Assembly (NCBI GenBank): GCA_963848295.1
Contig: CAWKDB010000010.1
Coordinates: forward strand, 2,176,001 to 2,240,000
Direction of reading: 5' to 3'
Source: an uncultured delta proteobacterium
GTDB lineage: Bacteria; Myxococcota_A; Polyangia; Haliangiales; Haliangiaceae
Length of the DNA: 64,000 nucleotides
The notes under the pieces were generated by a model, which made no database searches, had not been told where the DNA came from, and was given only the letters and a program-made list of their open reading frames with translations. Below are positions 19,588-29,024 of the stretch, in pieces (position 1 is the first letter of the stretch; each line of letters opens with the position of its first letter). A program made the position numbers and the translations under genes.

Positions 19588-21534
19588 TTATTCGGGCAGC
19601 GCGTCGACGCCGGCGCCGAGCGTGATCGTGTTCGCCGACCCGCCCGACGGGGTCATGACGAGCGTGCCGCCGACCGAGTCGTGGTTGAACGTCACCGCGG
19701 CGGTGCTGCCATCGCTGAACGTGATCGTCACGCCATCGGCGCCGTTCGCGACCGCCGAGCCAACCGCGCCATCGATCCACACGACGTGGAGCCAGCGGTT
19801 GTCGCCAGCGGCCATCTTCTCGTCCAACCGAAAGCCCGAGTTGTAATCGCTGTCCGCGGTGTAGTCGTAGATCGACGAAGTCGCGCCCGCCGGCGTCAGG
19901 CGCTGGACGTTCAGCGTGTGGCCCGACGCGGTCATCGCCGCCGACGCGCCATCGATCGTCGCGGCCACCGGCGTCGCGAGCTGCCAGGTCTGCGCTTCGG
20001 TCGAATTGACGCGGTCGTAGATCACGACGCAATCGGGCTGCAGATAGAGCAGCTCGCGCTGATCGTTCTGGACCTGGGCCGCTCCGGCGAACACCGGCGT
20101 GATGTCCGCGGCGGCGTGGACGTAGCCGGTGCCGGCGTGCAGCGCGAGCAGCGTCGATGCATTACCGGGCTTCTGCGGGATCGAGTCGGTGTCGCCGATC
20201 TTCATCTCGCTGTGCGCCTCGACCTCTTGGCGCAGGCCCGAGTGCGAATCGATGTTCGAGTCGTAGCCGAGCCAGCCGTCCTTGTAGATCAGGAACGAGC
20301 CTTGATCCTGGTGCGCGTGGCTCTCGGTGTACGGACCGGCGATGAAGTTGACCCAGGTCGCGTGCTTGTCCCATCCGGAGCGCGCGTAGATCTGGCCGGT
20401 GCCCGGCCCGTAGAACGCGGTGCCGAGGCCGTCGAGCGAGGTCGCGGGGACGTTGGTGTTCTCGTAGAGGAAGTCGTAGACGTACATGAACCGCTCGGTC
20501 ATCGCCGGCACCGACGACGCCGCGAGCAGCGCCTGGGCCGGACCCGCGAGCGGGTCGGTCGGGAACTGGGAGATCAGCTCCTGCATGTACTGGCGGTGGT
20601 AGTCGAAGAACGACGCGGTCGAGTCGCGCGCTTGATCGCCGGTCGGCGCGATCCGATCGAGCGTCGGCACGACGCTGTGGATGAACGCGAGCATCGACGC
20701 CCGCGTGTGCGGCGTTTGCGTCGCGAGCACTTCGCCGGTCGACTGGTTCCACATGTCGTAGAGAAAGAACAACTCGCGCAGCGAGACGCCGTAACCGGTG
20801 CCTTCGCGCGAGCCACCACCGACGAGGTCGGAGTCGAACTTCGGTAGCAGCTCGTCGGTAAACTTCGTGTCGTGGAACTCGGTGAGCCACAAGCTCGCCA
20901 TCGGCGCCTCGTCGTGCGCGGCGAGGCCGAGCAGCATCGTCGCGGTCAGGAACGAGTAGTAGTAGTTGTCCTCGGGATCGTCGACCGCCCAGCCGTCCCA
21001 CGACATCGGCGTGCCGCCCCACGCGGCCTGGTCCGGGTTCCAGACGTTGAACACCGCTTGATCGGCGTACGCGAGCCACGCGGTGCGCTGATCCGAGGTG
21101 ACCGAGTCGTAACACCAGTCATAGGTCAGGGCGAGATCGCCGACCATCGTGCCGATGTAGAGGTAGTCATCGCCCGCGACATCGGGCGCGTTGCCCATCG
21201 CGATCGCGGCGTTCGCGGCGGTCACTTGCATGTCGATCGTCGCGACCGCGGCGGCGCAGTACTTCGGATCGGCGGTGAGCTGACCGAGCAGCGCGGAGTT
21301 CCACGCCGAGAACGAGTCGACCTCGTAGCCGCCGATCCATTTGTCGACCAGATCCTGGTAGGTCTTCGCCGCGGGCGAGCCAGCGGTCAGCGCGGCCTGG
21401 AGCCTCTGCTTGTTGCCGTTCTGAGCGAGAAAGATCCGCGGGTGCTGGGTCGTGAACGTCGGGCCACTGCCCCCACCGCCGCAGGCGACCGTCGTGGCAA
21501 TAACCAGGGCTGAGAGTCGATCGGCGCGGGTCAT
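19588..21534 (-). CDS. Heparinase II/III-like polysaccharide lyase, lipoprotein
   Basis: Lipobox TVAC; HPRIF; EGTGYG; ARSGWDKHATW; HAHQDQGSFLIY typical of the heparinase II/III domain. Confidence 0.75.
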   Translation of the reverse strand: MTRADRLSALVIATTVACGGGGSGPTFTTQHPRIFLAQNGNKQRLQAALTAGSPAAKTYQDLVDKWIGGYEVDSFSAWNSALLGQLTADPKYCAAAVATIDMQVTAANAAIAMGNAPDVAGDDYLYIGTMVGDLALTYDWCYDSVTSDQRTAWLAYADQAVFNVWNPDQAAWGGTPMSWDGWAVDDPEDNYYYSFLTATMLLGLAAHDEAPMASLWLTEFHDTKFTDELLPKFDSDLVGGGSREGTGYGVSLRELFFLYDMWNQSTGEVLATQTPHTRASMLAFIHSVVPTLDRIAPTGDQARDSTASFFDYHRQYMQELISQFPTDPLAGPAQALLAASSVPAMTERFMYVYDFLYENTNVPATSLDGLGTAFYGPGTGQIYARSGWDKHATWVNFIAGPYTESHAHQDQGSFLIYKDGWLGYDSNIDSHSGLRQEVEAHSEMKIGDTDSIPQKPGNASTLLALHAGTGYVHAAADITPVFAGAAQVQNDQRELLYLQPDCVVIYDRVNSTEAQTWQLATPVAATIDGASAAMTASGHTLNVQRLTPAGATSSIYDYTADSDYNSGFRLDEKMAAGDNRWLHVVWIDGAVGSAVANGADGVTITFSDGSTAAVTFNHDSVGGTLVMTPSGGSANTITLGAGVDALPE

Positions 21535-21579
21535 AGGGAGACCGCCATAACACGCGACCTCGGACCGAGTCACCGAGAA

Positions 21580-22989
21580 TCAATGGGGCGCTTTAGGCTG
21601 GACCCTGGCGTTCCAAATAGTTAGCGAGAGCACGAGGCCCATCACTGCCATCGGGATCATCGCGATCGGCCAGGCGGTCCAGTTCGACGTCACCGCGGCC
21701 GCGGGATTGTCGACCATCTTGCCAGCGACGAGGATCTTCGACTCGGGCAGCAGGTGACCGTACACGAAGCCCTGCAGCGCGGTGCCGAAATAGACGAAGC
21801 CGTCGATCAGCCCGGTCGCGGTCCCCGCGTTGCGGCGACCGCCGAAGTCTTGGCTCGCGACGCCGGACACCATGCCGTTGACGCCGATGATCGCCATCGC
21901 CATCACGATGATCACCCAGCTGATGATCGCGGGCATGCCGAGCATCGCGATGATCGCGACCGAGCCGGCGAGCATGATCGAATAGAGCAGTACGGCGACC
22001 GGCGGCCGCCGCGAGTTGAACAGGTGATCCGAGATCACACCGGCGAACATGCCGCCGAGCATGCCGGCGACACACGACGTCATGCCCCAGTGCACGTCGA
22101 TGAACGTGCCCGACGCGTGCACGCCGCTGGCGAACGTTCGGTACCACTTGAGGATGCCTTGGCGCAGGAAGCCGGCCGAGAACGAGATGAACGCGAAGAT
22201 CAGGATGATCTTGTTCGTCAGCAGGCGCTTGATGATCTGGAGCGCCGGCGTCGCTGGGCCATCGTCACCGCTCGACGCGTCCGCGACATCGAAGTCGGCG
22301 AACCCGGCCTGCGCGGGCGTGTCGCGCACGAACAGGAACGACAGCACCCAGAAGATCGCGAGCATCACCGCGGGCGCGAAGAACAACCACTCGGGCGAGG
22401 TCAGCAGCGCGATCTTCGGCGCCCAGTCGAACGCGAGGTACAAGCCGAGCGAGATCAGGATGCCGAAGATCCCGCCGAACGTGCCGCGCTCGCGCAGGTG
22501 AAACCACGACGCGTTGACCTTGACGATCGCGACCGCGCCGAAGCTCTGGAAGTACATGTTGATCGCGAACAGCAGCGTCAGCGCGAGGATCGATGGATGA
22601 CCGCCGCCCGCGACCGCGACGCCCATGCCGATGTTCGCGGCCGACGAGCCCGCCGCGGCGATCAAGATCGAGAGCCGCCCGCCCCAGCGATCGCAGATCG
22701 GTCCGTTCAACAAGAACGCGAGGCCGTAGACGATCGATCCGACGGCGTCGATGTCGCCGAAGTCGAGGCCGCTGATCACGCCGACGTTCGGATCCTTGAG
22801 GTTCGTCAGGTTGTAGCGGCCCATGTACAGGAACGCGTAGGTCAAGCCGAGCGGCAACCAGTTGAGGACACGCCGGCGCAAGAACGCCTTCGAATGGCCG
22901 AGGTCCACCCGCGGCAACCGCCGCACGACGAGGGCGATCACCGCGCACAGCACGATGATCGGCACGACCTCGCCGGTGAGCTTGTCCAT
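21580..22989 (-). CDS. MFS transporter (GlpT/UhpC-like organophosphate:Pi antiporter family)
   Basis: YAFLYMGRYN, GPICDRWGGR, WFHLRERG, RDTP, GTATGLIDGFVY; about 12 TM. Confidence 0.88.
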   Translation of the reverse strand: MDKLTGEVVPIIVLCAVIALVVRRLPRVDLGHSKAFLRRRVLNWLPLGLTYAFLYMGRYNLTNLKDPNVGVISGLDFGDIDAVGSIVYGLAFLLNGPICDRWGGRLSILIAAAGSSAANIGMGVAVAGGGHPSILALTLLFAINMYFQSFGAVAIVKVNASWFHLRERGTFGGIFGILISLGLYLAFDWAPKIALLTSPEWLFFAPAVMLAIFWVLSFLFVRDTPAQAGFADFDVADASSGDDGPATPALQIIKRLLTNKIILIFAFISFSAGFLRQGILKWYRTFASGVHASGTFIDVHWGMTSCVAGMLGGMFAGVISDHLFNSRRPPVAVLLYSIMLAGSVAIIAMLGMPAIISWVIIVMAMAIIGVNGMVSGVASQDFGGRRNAGTATGLIDGFVYFGTALQGFVYGHLLPESKILVAGKMVDNPAAAVTSNWTAWPIAMIPMAVMGLVLSLTIWNARVQPKAPH

Positions 22990-23079
22990 GGCTGGACCGC
23001 CTTATACGCGAAAACGGTTGCATGCGTGGCCGCGATCACGCCCGGGCAACGCGATGCGGATGACCACGGTCTTCGCACC

Positions 23080-23550
23080 ATGTCATCAGCTCGTCGCTGT
23101 CTCGCTACCGCGGTCGTCACGTCGCTCGTCACCGCGTGCTCGCACCCGCACGACGTGGTCAGCGCGTTCCCCTATCGCCAACCGAACAGCGGCGCGCTCG
23201 ACGTCGTGCTCAACGATCCGTCGCGCAAGCTGACGGTCACGGTCGACGATCAGCTCGTGGTCGACCGCGCGTTCACGCGGCGCGCTCACATCGACGGCGT
23301 GCCGGCGGGCGTCGCGCGCGTTCACGTCGCGAGCGGTGGCGAATGCGAGCAAGGGCGCGCGTTCGATCGCAGGGTCACGATCGAGCCGGGCGAGCTCGCG
23401 ACCCTCGCCGTGCCGGGGCCCGAGCCGAGCCTGGGCTGCGAGGTGTTCGTCGGGCTCAGCGACGTCGCGCTCGAGATCGGCCTGGTCGCGCTCGCGATCA
23501 CGGTCGCGGCGGCCAACACCACGCAACGCCACGTACTTCACACCAAGTGA
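23080..23550 (+). CDS. Hypothetical lipoprotein
   Basis: MSSARRCLATAVVTSLVTAC lipobox; beta-rich domain; C-terminal hydrophobic helix. Confidence 0.6.
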   Translation: MSSARRCLATAVVTSLVTACSHPHDVVSAFPYRQPNSGALDVVLNDPSRKLTVTVDDQLVVDRAFTRRAHIDGVPAGVARVHVASGGECEQGRAFDRRVTIEPGELATLAVPGPEPSLGCEVFVGLSDVALEIGLVALAITVAAANTTQRHVLHTK

Positions 23551-23581
23551 CAGCGCGCCGCCGCGAGTCTAAAATTGTCGT

Positions 23582-24046
23582 ATGCGCAATCCTCACTCGA
23601 TGTGCCCAGCGTTGCTGATCGCGATCGCGGCGGCCGGGTGTGCGGAGAGCCGGCCGGTCGTCGACCCGCCGAGCTCGACCGTAGGTCCCCCTGGCGCGGG
23701 CGGCGTGATCGCAGGCATCGTCCATCAAGCCAACGGACTGCCGCTCGCCGGCGCGACGATCTCGGTCGGCGGCAATCGCGCGATCGCGGATGGCAACGGC
23801 GCGTTCCGGATCGAGCACGTCGCTTCGGGCGAGCACGAGCTGCTCGTCTCGTTCGACCATCGCATCTACGAGCTCGGCCAGGTGACCCCGAACACCGAGC
23901 TCGATCTCTCGGTCACGCTCGGCATGCGTCATCTCGACGGCGACCTCGCGACGATCCCCCCGAGCGTGCAGAGCGCCGATGGGCAATCGCGCACGCTCGC
24001 GCTGCATGGCACCGATGTCGGCAATTCGTCGTCGCGGCACTACTAG
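23582..24046 (+). CDS. Carboxypeptidase-regulatory-like domain lipoprotein
   Basis: AAAGC lipobox; IAGIVHQANGLPLAGATISV...ADGNGAFRIEHVASGEHEL. Confidence 0.7.
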   Translation: MRNPHSMCPALLIAIAAAGCAESRPVVDPPSSTVGPPGAGGVIAGIVHQANGLPLAGATISVGGNRAIADGNGAFRIEHVASGEHELLVSFDHRIYELGQVTPNTELDLSVTLGMRHLDGDLATIPPSVQSADGQSRTLALHGTDVGNSSSRHY

Positions 24047-24107
24047 CGGCGGATCGACGTTCCGCTCCGGCGCGAGCCGCGAGCGCTCGGGTTAGAATAG
24101 ATCCGCC

Positions 24108-24950
24108 ATGGATCACGCCCCGCTCCTCGCGAAGATCCCGATGTTCGAGGGATTGTCGCCCGAAGATCTCTCGGAGCTCGCACGCAGCTTCGTCGAGCGC
24201 AAGTTCCCCGCCGGCGCGATCATCATGAATCAGGGCGACTCGGGCACCGCGATGTACATCGTCGCCGAGGGCGACGTGAACATCTATCTGCCGGGCGAAG
24301 CGTCGCGCCGGATCTCGCTCAAGGACATCGCGCGCGGCGAGTATTTCGGCGAGATCGCGCTGTTCGACGATAAACCGCGGTCGGCGAGCGCCCTCGCGAC
24401 CACCGACGCGACGCTGCTCGAGCTCGATCGCAAGACACTGTCGAAGTACCTCGCGCAACGGCCGCACGCCGCGATGCTGTTGCTGCGCACGCTCGCGACC
24501 CGGCTGCGCGAGACCAACGAGATGTTGTCTCAACGCGCGGCGAAGAACGCGGTGCAAGAGATCGAGAGCAAGCTGACCTGGAGCCAGAAGCTCGCGGATA
24601 AGGTCGCGGAGCTCAACGGCAGCTGGGCGTTCATCTTGTTCCTGCTCGCGACGACGGTCCTGTGGGTGCTGTTCAACGCCGAGTCGCTGGATGCGCCGCA
24701 GTTCGATCCGTATCCGTATCAGCTGTTCAACCTCGCCCTCGCCGTGCTCGTCGGTTTGCAGGGCCCGCTGATCGTCATGAGCCAGAACCGGCAGTCGACG
24801 AAGGACCGCGCGACCGCCGAGACCGACTTCCAGGTCAACCTCAAGAACGAAGTCAACATCGAGACGCTGCTGCGCGAGCTCGGCGAGATGCGCGCCGAAA
24901 TGGGCAGCCGGCTCGACAAGCTCGAGGCTCAGACGAGTCGCGCGAAGTAG
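24108..24950 (+). CDS. Cyclic-nucleotide-binding domain + DUF1003 membrane protein (paralog of 8027-8875)
   Basis: FGEIALFDDKPRSASA; ADKVAELNGSWAFI...FDPYPYQLFNL...LQGPLIVMSQNRQSTKDR. Confidence 0.9.
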   Translation: MDHAPLLAKIPMFEGLSPEDLSELARSFVERKFPAGAIIMNQGDSGTAMYIVAEGDVNIYLPGEASRRISLKDIARGEYFGEIALFDDKPRSASALATTDATLLELDRKTLSKYLAQRPHAAMLLLRTLATRLRETNEMLSQRAAKNAVQEIESKLTWSQKLADKVAELNGSWAFILFLLATTVLWVLFNAESLDAPQFDPYPYQLFNLALAVLVGLQGPLIVMSQNRQSTKDRATAETDFQVNLKNEVNIETLLRELGEMRAEMGSRLDKLEAQTSRAK

Positions 24951-25693
24951 TACGCGCTGACCGCGAGCCCGACCGTCACGACCGACCAGCGCAGCATCGC
25001 CGCCGGGACGCGTGCCGCGATCGCACCACCGATCACTCCGCCGATCGACGACCCGATCGCCATCGCGATCGCCGCCGGCCACGCGACGAGACCCGAGCCG
25101 ACGAACACGACCGCCGCCGCGACGTTGACCGACAGCGACACGGTTTGCTTCAGCGCATTGATCCGGACGAGCGAATCGTCGAGCACGACCGCGAGCGCGG
25201 CGAGCACGATCACGCCCATCGCCGCCCCGAAGTAACCGCCGTAGATCGCGACGAGGCCCACCGGGAGCGCGGCCCAGACTTCGCGATGCCGACCACCGCG
25301 CGCCGCGGCGCGCGCGTCGAGCCAGCGCCGCAGCCGCGTCTGACCGGCGAGCATGCCCGCCGCGAACAACAGCAAGAACGGCACGACGACGCCGAACGCG
25401 GCCTCGCCGGTGTGGAGCAACAACAGCGCGCCGCCGACACCCCCGGCCGCACCAGCGGGAACGACGGCGGATAACCGCGCGCGTTGACCGCGGAGCTGCT
25501 CGCGCTGCGCGACGGTCGCGCCGAGGTAGCCCGGGCACATCGCGACCGTGTTCGTCACGCTCGCCGCGACCGGCGGCAGGCCCGCAGCGACGAGCGCGGG
25601 AAACGTGATCAGGCTGCCGCCGCCCGCGATCGCGTTGACGATGCCACCGGCGAGCGCGGCACCGGTGACCAGCGCGGTCGCGCCGACATCCAT
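24929..25693 (-). CDS. TauE/SafE sulfite-exporter family membrane protein
   Basis: AGGIVNAIAGGGSLITFPAL, AIYGGYFGAAMG, INALK. Confidence 0.88.
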   Translation of the reverse strand: MDVGATALVTGAALAGGIVNAIAGGGSLITFPALVAAGLPPVAASVTNTVAMCPGYLGATVAQREQLRGQRARLSAVVPAGAAGGVGGALLLLHTGEAAFGVVVPFLLLFAAGMLAGQTRLRRWLDARAAARGGRHREVWAALPVGLVAIYGGYFGAAMGVIVLAALAVVLDDSLVRINALKQTVSLSVNVAAAVVFVGSGLVAWPAAIAMAIGSSIGGVIGGAIAARVPAAMLRWSVVTVGLAVSAYYFARLV

Positions 25694-25727
25694 CGCGCCA
25701 CTATACGACCCGGGGCTATGGTTGGAC

Positions 25728-26279
25728 ATGTCTGCCGAGCACCCGCGCTATCGCGTCGAAGGCGCCGACCACGTCGTCGATATCCAGGTCGGGACAATCG
25801 ACCGCCTGTTCGATAACCGCGATCCGGCACCGTTTCGCGAGCGCGACCTCGATCCGGATCTCCTCGAGTATCTCGTCGCGGCGTCCGAAGATCTGCAGCG
25901 GGTGCCGATGCGGCTCGTGCTGTGGTTCGCGCGGCCGTTGCCCGGCAATGAAGTCCGCGCTGCGCTGAAATCGCACTTCGAGTACGAGCTCGAGCGCATC
26001 GACCGCCGCCGCCGGCAACAGCGCCGGATCGGTCAGGCGTCGCTCGCGATCGGCCTCGTGCTACTCGTCGTCTTGTTGTCGCTCGCGCAGTTCGTCGACC
26101 GGCTGCCGCTCGGCAGGCTGCACGATCCGCTTCACGAAGGGCTCGTGATCATCAGCTGGGTCACGATGTGGCGACCGATCGATACGCTCGTGTTCGATTG
26201 GATTCCGCTGAGCCGCAGCCGCAAGCTGATGCAGAAGCTGCACGACGCACCGACCGAGGTCCGCGAGGGTCGCCCCTAG
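25728..26279 (+). CDS. Hypothetical membrane protein
   Basis: LFDNRDPAPFRERDLD, two TM helices, EGLVIISWVTMWRPID; start moved to ATG 25728. Confidence 0.75.
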   Translation: MSAEHPRYRVEGADHVVDIQVGTIDRLFDNRDPAPFRERDLDPDLLEYLVAASEDLQRVPMRLVLWFARPLPGNEVRAALKSHFEYELERIDRRRRQQRRIGQASLAIGLVLLVVLLSLAQFVDRLPLGRLHDPLHEGLVIISWVTMWRPIDTLVFDWIPLSRSRKLMQKLHDAPTEVREGRP

Positions 26280-26752
26280 TTACAGTTCGTGACCTTGAGC
26301 GCGGCGCTCAGGTCGAGCGTGCGCGGATCGGCAAGCGCGGTCAGCGCCGTGCAGTCCAAAGTGACGACAAAGTCGTGGCCCCCGTTGTTCGGCGCGATCG
26401 AGCAGCTGCCCGTATACGTCACACCGACGGCGGTGACCTGGGCCTGCGCGCCGCCGCTGTCGTTCTGTTCCGAGATCACGACCTCGCTCACGCCGTTCGA
26501 CGAGTTCGATTGATTGAGGTCGGCGCTCCACGTGTTGTCGGCGTAGTCGCACGTCCCGAAGAAATCGTTGCCGAGTCCGGGTGGCGCATCGAGCACGGCA
26601 TCCATCGCCTCCCAGGCTTGCACCATCACATCCGCCTGCCCGGGGTTGTGGATCGTCGCGGACAGCGTCCCATCGAGATCGATCTCGCTCGATCCACATC
26701 CAGCGAGCGCGAGCGCACATCCCAAGCCAAGGGCGAGTCGGTTCGTAGTCAT
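26276..26752 (-). CDS. Hypothetical lipoprotein
   Basis: MTTNRLALGLGCALALAGC lipobox. Confidence 0.7.
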   Translation of the reverse strand: MTTNRLALGLGCALALAGCGSSEIDLDGTLSATIHNPGQADVMVQAWEAMDAVLDAPPGLGNDFFGTCDYADNTWSADLNQSNSSNGVSEVVISEQNDSGGAQAQVTAVGVTYTGSCSIAPNNGGHDFVVTLDCTALTALADPRTLDLSAALKVTNCN

Positions 26753-26834
26753 GACCACGACCTTATCCTCGCCCGCGGATCGTTGCACCTCGGCACGCGA
26801 TTCGCACGCACGAGACCCAATCAAGGAGGACGAG

Positions 26835-27080
26835 ATGCCGAGAGGAAGCAAAGCGAGCTACACGAGCAAGCAGAAACGGATGGCGAAGCACATCGAGGAC
26901 AGCGCGAAGAAGCGCGGAGCGTCGACGAAGCGCGCGGCGGAGATCGGTTGGGCGACGGTCAACAAGGAGACCGGCGGCGGCAAGCAGACCGGCAGCGGGC
27001 GCGGAAAACCCATGAACACCGCTTCGAGCCGCGAGGGTGGGCGTCGCAGCCACATGGGGCCGTCGCGCCCGATGCGCTAG
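26835..27080 (+). CDS. Small basic protein of the MPRG..SYT.KQKR.A.HIE family (often annotated 'plasmid stabilization protein')
   Basis: MPRGSKASYTSKQKRMAKHIEDS...WATVNKETGGGK; strong RBS AAGGAGG at 26823-26829. Confidence 0.8.
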   Translation: MPRGSKASYTSKQKRMAKHIEDSAKKRGASTKRAAEIGWATVNKETGGGKQTGSGRGKPMNTASSREGGRRSHMGPSRPMR

Positions 27081-27088
27081 GGCCCATC

Positions 27089-28549
27089 CTATTTCGGCGC
27101 GACGAGCCGGCGCTTGCCATCGGCGGCGAGCGTGACATCGGGCGCATCGAGGGCGTCGCGATCCCAGAGCTTGCACGTCACCTGCTTGTGCTGCTGATCG
27201 AGCGCCTCGCAGTAGTTCGTGAACTCGCAGCGACGGATCTCGGCGCCGCGCCCGGCGCGCAGCTTCGCGAACCAGTCGGGATCGGCGAGCGTCTGGCGCG
27301 CCGAGGCGATGAAATCCGCATCGCCGCGAACGAGCGCTGCCTCGGCATCGGCGAAGTCTGCGATCCCGCCGGCGGTGACGATCGGCGTCGTCATTCCCGC
27401 GCCGCGCACCGCCGCGCGAATCTGTCCGGCGAGCCCGATGTTGCGCGCGAACGGGCCACGCGCGTCGGAGTAGATCGTCGGCATGCACTCGTAGCCGGAC
27501 TGCCCGGTGTACGGATACGCCGACCAGCCGACCTTCGGCTGCTTCGCGTCCTCGAACTTGCCGCCCTTCGAGATCGACAGGAAGTCCAGGCCGGCGCGCG
27601 CGAGCTCGACACCGAACCAGGCGGCATCCTCGACGCGATTGCCGCCGGCGATCACGTCGTCGCCGAGATAGCGGCATCCGACGAGGGCTCGGCTCGCGAC
27701 CCGCTCGCGCACCGCCGCGACGACCTCGAGAGGCAGCCGAACGCGATGCTCGCGCGGCCCGCCATAGCCATCGGCGCGCGTGTTGAGCGCCGAGAGAAAC
27801 GACGCCATCGTGTAAGCGTGCGCGAAGTGCAGCTCGACGCCGTCGAACCCGGCCTTCACCGCCCGTTCGGCGGCATCTGCGAACAGCGGCGGCAACACGC
27901 GCGGCAGCTCGGCGATGTGCGGTAGCTGCGTGTCGGTGACGCGCTCGCGATAGCCGCGCTCGAGATCGTCGAGCTCGCGCGCGGTGAGCACACCGGACAG
28001 CTGGTTGTCGGCGACCGTCGCGAGCTTGGCGCGCAGCTCGTCGTCGCTGCACGTCAGCGCGGCTTCATCGCCGAGTCGCGCGAGCGCGCTGCGATGGTGC
28101 TCGCCGACCGCGAGGAAGCGCGCGAAGAACTTGTCGCGCGGCGGGCGCCGGCGAATCGCGAGAAAGTCGATGAGCTGGATCAACAACAGGGTCCGGCCGC
28201 CGGACGCTTCGCGCACCGCGGTCACGAGCCGCGACAAGCCCTCGATGAACCGATCGTGACCGATGCGGAGCAACGGCCCCGACGGGATGTCGCGGATCCC
28301 GGTCGCCTCGACGACGAGCACCCCGGGCTGGCCCTCCGCGAACCGGCGATACCAATCGATCACGTCGCGGGTCACGAACCCGTCGTCGGTCGCGCGCCAC
28401 GGCACCATCGCAGGTACCCAGGTCCGGCTCGTCGCGGTCCGCGCGCCGATCGCGAGCGGCTGGAACAACTGCGCCTTCGCGGCGACCTCGGCGGTCGGCC
28501 ACGACACCTGCGGGAGCTCGTGCTTGATCCGCTCCGGCGGTTGCCACAT
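27089..28549 (-). CDS. NADH:flavin oxidoreductase (OYE-like, long form)
   Basis: WVPAMVPWRAT, GFDGVELHFAHAYTMASFLS, CEFTNYCEALD. Confidence 0.88.
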   Translation of the reverse strand: MWQPPERIKHELPQVSWPTAEVAAKAQLFQPLAIGARTATSRTWVPAMVPWRATDDGFVTRDVIDWYRRFAEGQPGVLVVEATGIRDIPSGPLLRIGHDRFIEGLSRLVTAVREASGGRTLLLIQLIDFLAIRRRPPRDKFFARFLAVGEHHRSALARLGDEAALTCSDDELRAKLATVADNQLSGVLTARELDDLERGYRERVTDTQLPHIAELPRVLPPLFADAAERAVKAGFDGVELHFAHAYTMASFLSALNTRADGYGGPREHRVRLPLEVVAAVRERVASRALVGCRYLGDDVIAGGNRVEDAAWFGVELARAGLDFLSISKGGKFEDAKQPKVGWSAYPYTGQSGYECMPTIYSDARGPFARNIGLAGQIRAAVRGAGMTTPIVTAGGIADFADAEAALVRGDADFIASARQTLADPDWFAKLRAGRGAEIRRCEFTNYCEALDQQHKQVTCKLWDRDALDAPDVTLAADGKRRLVAPK

Positions 28550-28574
28550 CGCCAGGGAGTCGTACCATGCCGCC

Positions 28575-29024
28575 ATGCTCAACGTAGGCGACCCGATGCC
28601 CGAGACCGTGCTCGTCGGAGACTCCGGTCCTGTGAACCTGCGCGATCACGTCGGCAAGCCGCTCGTCGTCTACTTCTATCCGAAGGACGAGACCTACGGC
28701 TGCACGAAGGAAGCGTGCTCGTTCCGCGATCAGTACGAAGACTTCATCGGCGCCGGCGCCGAGGTCATCGGCATCTCCCGCGACGACGCGAAGTCGCACG
28801 CCGACTTCAAGACCCACCATCGCCTGCCGTTCACGCTGCTCTCCGATCCCGCGGGCAAGGTGGCGTCGGCGTGGGGCGTCAAGGGCGCGCTCGGCTTGAT
28901 CCCGGGCCGCGTGACGTTCGTGTTCGACAAGGCGGGGGTGTGCCGCAACCGATTCGACTCGGCGATCCGGTTCGGCCGTCACGTCGACGAAGCACTCGAG
29001 GTGGTGAAGAGCCTCGCCGCTTAG
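28575..29024 (+). CDS. bcp: Peroxiredoxin, BCP/PrxQ family
   Basis: YFYPKDETYGCTKEACSFRD; GRVTFVFD. Confidence 0.88.
   Translation: MLNVGDPMPETVLVGDSGPVNLRDHVGKPLVVYFYPKDETYGCTKEACSFRDQYEDFIGAGAEVIGISRDDAKSHADFKTHHRLPFTLLSDPAGKVASAWGVKGALGLIPGRVTFVFDKAGVCRNRFDSAIRFGRHVDEALEVVKSLAA

Noticed and set aside
26835..27080. Plasmid or toxin-antitoxin element implied by the 'plasmid stabilization protein' label
   Set aside because: No ParE/RelE motifs, no partner gene or plasmid functions; it is a small basic chromosomal protein
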